Assembly: GCA_965221575.1 (NCBI GenBank) | Contig: CBDCSM010000007.1 | Location: forward strand, 84,358 to 148,357 | Reading direction: 5' to 3' | DNA: 64,000 bases | Origin: Paracoccaceae bacterium | GTDB lineage: Bacteria; Pseudomonadota; Alphaproteobacteria; Rhodobacterales; Rhodobacteraceae | Shown: piece after piece, positions 58,301 through 64,000 of the stretch | How the letters are laid out: each line of letters begins with the position of its first letter | How positions within the stretch are numbered: position 1 is the first letter of the stretch | The notes under the pieces: generated by a model | The model's database searches: none | Told to the model about the DNA's origin: nothing | The model's input: the letters and a program-made list of their open reading frames with translations, nothing else | Made by a program: the position numbers and the translations under genes

Positions 58301-61300
58301 AACCAGTTTCGACACCGAGTTGTTCCCGTCAGACCCGGCGTGGCTGGGCGACCACCGCGTTTTCAACCGGCTGGTGACGCCAGGCGCCCTTTACGGAGCG
58401 ATGGCGTTAACCGCGTGCACCGCCGAGCGGCCCGGTTCGGCAGCCATCGAGGATTTCCAGATTCAAAGCGCGCTTGTCCTCCCGGAAAAAGGCGACGCGG
58501 AGGGAAGCGGCGAAGAAGGCCGCCGGCTGCAGGTGCTGCTTGACGACTCCGGGGAGGACTCGTCACGCCGAGTCCGGGTACTGAGTCGGGGCGCGGACGA
58601 CGAGGACTGGACGCTGCACGCGGAGGGACGGATCCCGGGCGGCACTGATTCAAGTCCGCAAGCGGCCGGTGCGCCTTTGGACCCGGCACTTCTGAAGGCT
58701 GACCTGGCGCCCGTGGATCTCGCTGCCTATTACCGGGCGAAGGCCGAGGTTGGCATCGATCTTGGCCCCTCTTTCCGAACGCTGGAGGGGTTGTGGTCCC
58801 GGCCAGGCGAAGCGCTCGCCGAAGTGGCCCTGCCGGAATCCGTTGGTGGAAGCGGGTTGGAATTTCACCCGCTCATGCTTGACGGTTGCTTTCAGGCGAT
58901 GGCGGCGGCACGCGAGCCTACTGATTCCGATGACGGGATCACTTACCTGCCATTCGGGTGGGAGCGACTGTCGTTGCCGGGGCCGCTACCGGAACGGATG
59001 TTCTGCCACGTGTGCATGAGGGATGCGCCGGCAGAGACAAATGCCGATCTGCGGGAGGTGTTTAGCGCCGACATCGCTCTCTACGACAACGCCGGATCGC
59101 CCGTTGGAACCCTGAGTGGGTATACGGTGAAGCGTGCGGTTCGGAGCGCATTGCTCGCCGCGGTGGAGGGAGTGGACGAGCTGCTCTACGAAATCGTATG
59201 GCGCGATAGTGCCCTGCCGACAGGCATGCTGCCTGCAGACTTCCTCCCGAGCCCGTCGGAAGCGGCTTCCCGTTCGCAACCGTTTTCACGGTACCTGGCC
59301 GACGAGAAGATCGAAGTCACAGACGAAAGTGACCTCCAGGGAGAGATGGAAAAGGCCGCTTGGTGTTACGCGCTCTCGACACTGGAAAGTCTCGGATGGG
59401 TACGCGACGCGGGCACGTCCATTGACCCGGAGAAACTCCGTGAGCACCTTGAGGTTCTACCCGAGCACACGCATTTGTTCCGCCGGATACTCGAGATTCT
59501 GGTCCGCTCGGGCGTGTTGCAGGAGAAGGACGCGGAATTCGTGGTGGCAGTCGGATCCGGCGATCCGTTACCGAATGGAATGCCGCGTGATTCAGAGGTA
59601 TTTCTGGACGAAGTCACGGGTCGGTTTCCGCATGCGACGAACGAGGTCGGGCTGTTTCGACGCTGTGCAGGCGCCCTGCCCGAGGTGCTTCGCGGCGATG
59701 AGGATCCGCTGTCGCTGTTGTTCGGCGATGCGAAGCCGCAGGCAGGAGATCTCTATCGAATGGCGCCGGTCTGGCGGGCGGCGAACCGGATGTTGGGTGA
59801 CGTCGTTCGAACGCTCGTCGACCAGTTGCCGGAAAGCCGGCGACTGCGCGTGCTGGAAGTGGGCGCCGGCATCGGTTCGGCAACGGAATGCATCCTGCCC
59901 GAACTTCCGGCTGAACGGTTCGATTACATGTACACCGACATCTCCGCGGGCTTTTTTGCCGACGCGGAGGCGCGATTCAGCGCATCGGGCGCTCCGATCG
60001 ACTACAGCGTACTGGATATCGAGAAAAACCCGGTTGCCGCGGGCTTCGAACCACATTCTTACGACCTGGTCATTGCGGCCAACGTGTTGCACGCGACACG
60101 GTATCTTGACGAGACACTTGCCCACTGCCTGGCGCTCATGGCGCCGTCGGGGCTGCTGGTGGCGCTCGAGAACCAGCGCAGCAGGGGATGGATGGACCTG
60201 ATATTCGGTCAGTTGGACGGATGGTGGCGTTTCGCTGATCGCTATCGTGCGGACCACGCCCTCGCGGGACCGGACGTGTGGTGCGAGGCGCTCGCCGATG
60301 CCGGATTTTCTGAGTCCGACGTGCTCGGCGTGGATCCTTCGGACGCAGCCGTCCTGCCGGATCGCGGAGTGATCGTGGCGCAGGCCCCGGCCGAGATCGC
60401 ATTGCCGGTGGGCGTCTGGATCCTGGCAGCGGACCGGGACGGCACTGCGGAGGCACTCGCGGCGCAGCTCGCAGCAGAGAACCAGAAGGTGGTTCTGGCA
60501 AGCGACGGCCCTGAGGACACCGGTGCGGAAGGACTCGGGACCGACATCGTCGCAGCTTCGGTCGAAATCGAGCGTCGGGAATCCTGGCGATCGCTCATCG
60601 AAAGTCTGCCCGCGGATGTGCCACTCGCCGGCGTGGTGCATCTCGTCGCGCAGGACGGCCACGGTGCGGAAGCGACGACAGCGGAAATGGCGGAGGACGC
60701 AAGACGCACGGCGGCGAGCGCACTCGCGCTCGTGCAGGGAATCTCCGACGCGGACGTCGTGCCCGAGAAAGGCGTGTGGTTCGTCACCCGGGGTGCGCAG
60801 GTTCTCGAACGCGAGCGCACCGGGCAATTTGCCGGCGCGACCCTTTGGGGCCTCGGCAAGGTGGTGGTGCGGGAAGCGCCACAGCTGCAATCGCGAATGC
60901 TTGATCTCGACCCGGAGACATCGGATCCACAGGCAGCGATCCTCGTGAATGAATTGCTGTTTTCCGACCCGGAGAACCATATTGCGCATCGCCAGGGGCG
61001 CCGCCAGGTAGCGCGGCTTGTCCGGAAGGGTTCAGGTGTCGCGCACATTGACCTGCCGGAGGAAGCGGGTTGGGTGCTGGCGCCTGACGAAGGTGGAGCG
61101 ATCGAGTCTCTGGAGGTGCGGCCATTGGCGACGGGCGCCCTGAACCCGAACGACGTGCGCGTCGCGGTCGAGGCCTGCGGGCTCAACTTCCTCGACGTGT
61201 TCCGGGCAATGGGCCTGGTCGAGGAGGGATTGCTCGGGGAGGAATTCTTTGGCCAGATTGTCGAAACCGGTTCCGACGTAACGACCGTCTCGGTGGGCGA

Positions 61301-64000
61301 CCGCGTGGCTGGCTTCGCGTTCGGCACGTTCGCTCCGGAAGTGGTCACGAGGGAGGAACTGGTCGCTCCCGCGCCTCCGAACGTGCCGGCGACGGCGCTC
61401 GCCACCATCCCCTCCGTGTTCGTGACGTCCGTTCTTTCCTACGAGTTGGCCGGGTTGAAGGCCGAGGATCGCGTGCTGATTCACGCTGGTGCGGGCGGCG
61501 TCGGGCTTTCCGCAATTCAGCTCGCCAAGGCGGCGGGTGCAGAGGTTTTCACCACTGCGAGCGCGCGCAAGCAGGCCTTCATCCGCTCGCTCGGTGTCGA
61601 GCATGTGTTCGACAGCCGCTCGACCGCGTTCGGTCAGGAAATCCTCGACGCCACAGGCGGTGCCGGAGTCGACGTCGTGCTGAACAGCCTGACCGGAGAG
61701 GGATTCATCGAGGCGAGCCTCGCCTGCCTCGCAGAGGGCGGCCGCTTCGTCGAACTCGCCAGGAGGGACATTCTGAGCGAGGACGAAATGGCAGCACTGC
61801 GGCCGGACGTCGCCTATTCGATCCTCGATCTCTACACCCTCAAGGAGCAGGATCCCGCGCGGCCGGGTGCAGCCCTGAAAGAGGTGCTGGCGCGCATGGA
61901 ATCGGGTGAACTTGCGCCGCTCATGCACACGAGGTGGCCGTTGGCCGAGGCAAGCACAGCGATGGGTTACATGCGTGCGGCCCGGCACATTGGCAAGATC
62001 GTGCTGACCATGCCTCCCCTCAGGAATGGGCGGTTACGGCAGAATGGGACCTACCTAGTGACGGGCGGGCTGGGCGGAATCGGCTGTGCGCTCGCCGAGT
62101 GGCTCGCCGAACACGGAGCGGGCACGGTCGCGCTGAACGGCCGGAGACCGCCGGACCCGGAGGCGGAAAAAGCCATCGAGGCGTTACGCGCCCGCGGCTT
62201 CAGGATCGAGGTCGAGATTGCGGACGTCACGGACACGGCTGCGCTCGATGCGATGCTGGCGCGGGTCGACGGGACACTGCCGCCGCTTGCCGGCGTGATC
62301 CATAGCGTCGGCGCGTTGTCGGATGCTTCCATTGGCAACCAGAGCTGGGAAAGCTTCGAAACTGTGCTGTGGCCGAAGATTCTGGGGGCCTGGCACCTTC
62401 ATCGGGCGACAGAGGATCGCGATCTGGACATGTTTGTCCTGTTCTCCAGCGTCGCAGGCATTTTGGGAAATCCGGGCCAGGCCAATCATGCGGCGGCCAA
62501 CGCATTCCTTGACCAGCTCGCCGCCCACCGGCGCGCGCTGGGTCTCCCCGGGCAGGCCATCGTTTGGGGCGCCTGGTCCGAGCTGGGCGAGGCAGAGGAG
62601 CAGCGCGAACGGATCGCCGGGCGGCGGCAGGCATTCGGCACCGGTTGGTTCACGCCGGAGCAGGGTTTCAAGGCTTTTGAGCGTCTGCTGCACCAGGATG
62701 CGGCGGGCGTCGTGGTTGCGGCGGTGGACTGGCAGTTGTTCGGAGACGCTGTCGGCGACCGCCCTTCCCTCCTGGAAGACCTGCTCGCCGGCACGGCAGA
62801 CGACGACGAAGATTCATCATCCGCGCCGGAAGACCTGATCGCACAGCTTGGCGCAACGCCGGCAGCCGGACGCGAGGACCTGCTCGTGTCGTTCCTGCAG
62901 CGTGAAGTCCAGGCAGTCCTGAGGTTGCCGTCTGCGCCAGCCTCTGCGGTCGGGTTTTTCGATCTGGGGATGGATTCCCTGGTGGCAGTCGAACTGCGGA
63001 ATCGCCTCAATCGTGCGTTTTCGGACACCTATGTGGCGCCGAATACCCTGGTGTTCGACTACCCGACCATTGCCGATCTCGCGCGTCATCTTGTGGACGC
63101 ATTGGGCGAACTGACCCCGGTCTCCGGGGTGACATCCGATCAGGACCCACAACCTCCCGCGCTGCCTCGGGATGATGGAATCGCGATCGTGGGCATGGCG
63201 TGCAAGTTCCCCGGCGCGCCTGACCTTGCAACCTTTTGGCGCCAGCTCGAGTCGGGCCACGACGCGGTGACGAGCGGGAGGCAGGATAACGGGTCGTGGA
63301 CCGGCGTTGCGGGCAACCCCGCAGACGTCGCCGGCGCTTGGAGTCATGGAGGGTTCATCGAAGGGATCGACCGATTCGACGCGCGTTTCTTCGGCATGAC
63401 ACCCATCGGCGCGCGCGTGATGGACCCGCAGCAGCGGCTTCTCCTGGAGACAAGCTGGCGTGCGCTTGAGGACGCGGGGATCGATCCCGTGAGCCTGAGG
63501 GGCAGCCGCTCCGGGGTCTACGCGGGTATCGCGACCAGCGAGTACCGTGATCTGATGATTTTGGCGGGCGGTGAAGGCCTCAACTATCTCGGCACCGCCA
63601 GCAGCATGGCGGTCGGTGGAGTCGCTTTCAAATTGGGCTTCACCGGTCCTGCGATGCCGGTAACGCTGAACTGCGCCGCGTCACTTGTCACGGTGCAGCA
63701 GGCCGTCGCGGATTTGCGGAGGGGAGACGTTGATCTGGCCCTGGTCGGTGGCGTGAACGCGGTCCTCTCACCCGGTCTGACTAAAGAAATGGTTGCATTG
63801 GGAATGTTGTCCATGCAGGGCCGCTGCAAGACATTCGACGCGGCCGCGGACGGTTTCGTGCGGAGCGAAGGCTGCGGGATGATCGTCCTTAAGCGGCTGC
63901 GGGAGGCCGAGGCCGACGGCGATCGCATTTGGGGAGTGATCCGGGGTGCGGCCGTCAACCAAAACGGGGCGACGGCGGGGCCGACGGTGCCGAACGGCCC
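55335..64000 (+). CDS. Type I modular polyketide synthase, 5' part (KS-AT-DH-MT-ER-KR-ACP-KS...), continues beyond the window
   Basis: A single open frame runs from ATG 55335 to the window edge. It is absent from the ORF track, presumably because it has no stop. KS1: Cys codon 55953 (DTACSSS), HGTGT at about 56358. AT: GHSLGE, Ser codon 57411. DH: HPLLG at 58260 and GDHRVFNRLVTPG, His codon 58353. MT: LEVGAGIGS at about 59853. ER: HAGAGGVG at about 61481. KR: TYLVTGGLGGIG at about 62049. ACP: GMDSL, Ser codon 62976. KS2 runs from about 63180 (IAIVGMACKFPG). Confidence 0.9.
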   Translation, partial: MMDSNLPACPDEEPQDPTEARSPDFSEFGAPVAIVGMACRFPGADGLSAFWRLLEAGGNAVQEGLPGSGIGRVGAMFPDDTGQIDACRFGAYLDDLDRFDAAFFRISPVEAQLLDPQQRLILEISWRALEDAGIDPELLKDSPAGVYAGISNNDYRGLILEASENAGPAEPAASLYAVTGTSLNTAIGRVAFALGFGGPAMAVDTACSSSLVAMHQAVTGLQRGDADLALAGGVNIILSGRLLEFRANAGMLSPDGQCKTFDASANGYVRGEGCGIVVLKRLADAEADGDRIWGVIRGTALNQDGASPGLTVPNGAAQERVIAAALGRAGVQASDIDYLEAHGTGTEVGDPIEIKATAAVYGRDRDASCPLLIGSVKTNIGHLESAAGVAGVIKTVLAMNRGIIPRHLHFNDPNPEMDWERLPLQVTSSPTPWPTNADRPPLAGVSGFGWSGTNAHVVLEGYVPPDGATRSPDPDSWIAGAPKQIAVSQLIPAAPRKSKDGLAPRTTRLLPLSGKSDGALRDSAGRYLAWLDEKEDPLAAGSTGADPLLSDMAWSASIGRSHFGYRAGLAFRDVASLREGLRAIADTDEGPSASRNASMVAFAYTGQASQWPGMGAVLYDSEPVVRAVLDRCDDVLRQMRGASLLAVMFGRPGAAGDLDDPQWKQPAIYALECALTALWSSHGIRPDVVLGHSLGEVAAANAAGALELEDGLHLAAARGTLVGALPGDGAMGAVFAPAARVSNALEEHNAATQGIGLCIAADNGAHQVISGPAEEIVAILEQLEAAGIRVARLRKSPAYHSAMIEPALDELEAALSRIPSVPPKIPFVSNLSGQTLRSGQTLDAAYWRQQMRAPVAFRTCVETLAGLGVDAVVEIGPHAVLGPMISMAWPESGRVTEPAVVSSLRRPATGEEPPAPGSGGGFVEALAGAYEAGLPLRFEGLFAGESRRRIALPGYPFQRERYWVEAPRRRRSGTGHPLLGVRHESASGETSFDTELFPSDPAWLGDHRVFNRLVTPGALYGAMALTACTAERPGSAAIEDFQIQSALVLPEKGDAEGSGEEGRRLQVLLDDSGEDSSRRVRVLSRGADDEDWTLHAEGRIPGGTDSSPQAAGAPLDPALLKADLAPVDLAAYYRAKAEVGIDLGPSFRTLEGLWSRPGEALAEVALPESVGGSGLEFHPLMLDGCFQAMAAAREPTDSDDGITYLPFGWERLSLPGPLPERMFCHVCMRDAPAETNADLREVFSADIALYDNAGSPVGTLSGYTVKRAVRSALLAAVEGVDELLYEIVWRDSALPTGMLPADFLPSPSEAASRSQPFSRYLADEKIEVTDESDLQGEMEKAAWCYALSTLESLGWVRDAGTSIDPEKLREHLEVLPEHTHLFRRILEILVRSGVLQEKDAEFVVAVGSGDPLPNGMPRDSEVFLDEVTGRFPHATNEVGLFRRCAGALPEVLRGDEDPLSLLFGDAKPQAGDLYRMAPVWRAANRMLGDVVRTLVDQLPESRRLRVLEVGAGIGSATECILPELPAERFDYMYTDISAGFFADAEARFSASGAPIDYSVLDIEKNPVAAGFEPHSYDLVIAANVLHATRYLDETLAHCLALMAPSGLLVALENQRSRGWMDLIFGQLDGWWRFADRYRADHALAGPDVWCEALADAGFSESDVLGVDPSDAAVLPDRGVIVAQAPAEIALPVGVWILAADRDGTAEALAAQLAAENQKVVLASDGPEDTGAEGLGTDIVAASVEIERRESWRSLIESLPADVPLAGVVHLVAQDGHGAEATTAEMAEDARRTAASALALVQGISDADVVPEKGVWFVTRGAQVLERERTGQFAGATLWGLGKVVVREAPQLQSRMLDLDPETSDPQAAILVNELLFSDPENHIAHRQGRRQVARLVRKGSGVAHIDLPEEAGWVLAPDEGGAIESLEVRPLATGALNPNDVRVAVEACGLNFLDVFRAMGLVEEGLLGEEFFGQIVETGSDVTTVSVGDRVAGFAFGTFAPEVVTREELVAPAPPNVPATALATIPSVFVTSVLSYELAGLKAEDRVLIHAGAGGVGLSAIQLAKAAGAEVFTTASARKQAFIRSLGVEHVFDSRSTAFGQEILDATGGAGVDVVLNSLTGEGFIEASLACLAEGGRFVELARRDILSEDEMAALRPDVAYSILDLYTLKEQDPARPGAALKEVLARMESGELAPLMHTRWPLAEASTAMGYMRAARHIGKIVLTMPPLRNGRLRQNGTYLVTGGLGGIGCALAEWLAEHGAGTVALNGRRPPDPEAEKAIEALRARGFRIEVEIADVTDTAALDAMLARVDGTLPPLAGVIHSVGALSDASIGNQSWESFETVLWPKILGAWHLHRATEDRDLDMFVLFSSVAGILGNPGQANHAAANAFLDQLAAHRRALGLPGQAIVWGAWSELGEAEEQRERIAGRRQAFGTGWFTPEQGFKAFERLLHQDAAGVVVAAVDWQLFGDAVGDRPSLLEDLLAGTADDDEDSSSAPEDLIAQLGATPAAGREDLLVSFLQREVQAVLRLPSAPASAVGFFDLGMDSLVAVELRNRLNRAFSDTYVAPNTLVFDYPTIADLARHLVDALGELTPVSGVTSDQDPQPPALPRDDGIAIVGMACKFPGAPDLATFWRQLESGHDAVTSGRQDNGSWTGVAGNPADVAGAWSHGGFIEGIDRFDARFFGMTPIGARVMDPQQRLLLETSWRALEDAGIDPVSLRGSRSGVYAGIATSEYRDLMILAGGEGLNYLGTASSMAVGGVAFKLGFTGPAMPVTLNCAASLVTVQQAVADLRRGDVDLALVGGVNAVLSPGLTKEMVALGMLSMQGRCKTFDAAADGFVRSEGCGMIVLKRLREAEADGDRIWGVIRGAAVNQNGATAGPTVPNG

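Overview
GC-rich chromosomal segment. Gene content and synteny look alphaproteobacterial: acnA next to ccmABCDG-pyrC, and dnaB-alr-mlaEF-radA-cvpA-purF. From left to right the window holds: a sugar ABC transporter and an aldo/keto reductase; a ROK-regulated catabolic operon (ABC importer, M20 peptidase, YhfX-like PLP enzyme, SIS protein); hipBA next to tRNA-Gly; infC; a three-ORF Co-type nitrile-hydratase-family cluster with a split beta subunit; znuA / zur-znuCB; DUF1223; acnA; ccmABCDG; pyrC; an IS110-family element; hicAB; dnaB; an IS630 element; alr to an SDR gene; then an 11.4-kb nest of mobile elements; and finally the 5' part of a large type I PKS that runs off the window. The most unusual content is in the nest. 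An IS4/IS1634-like element is interrupted by an IS21-family element and by a 3.0-kb large-serine-recombinase (LSR) cassette. The IS21 istA is in turn interrupted by a paralogous 3.4-kb LSR cassette. In both LSR cassettes a conserved small ORF at the left end has no initiation region of its own. An SD+ATG sits at the opposite (right) end, in the correct frame across the shared junction core. The ORF would therefore be complete only in an excised circular (or tandem) form. Both toxin genes (hipA, hicA) carry single-base frameshifts at G/C runs, so assembly indel errors must be excluded. All calls rest on reading the sequence and ORF translations. No database search was run.
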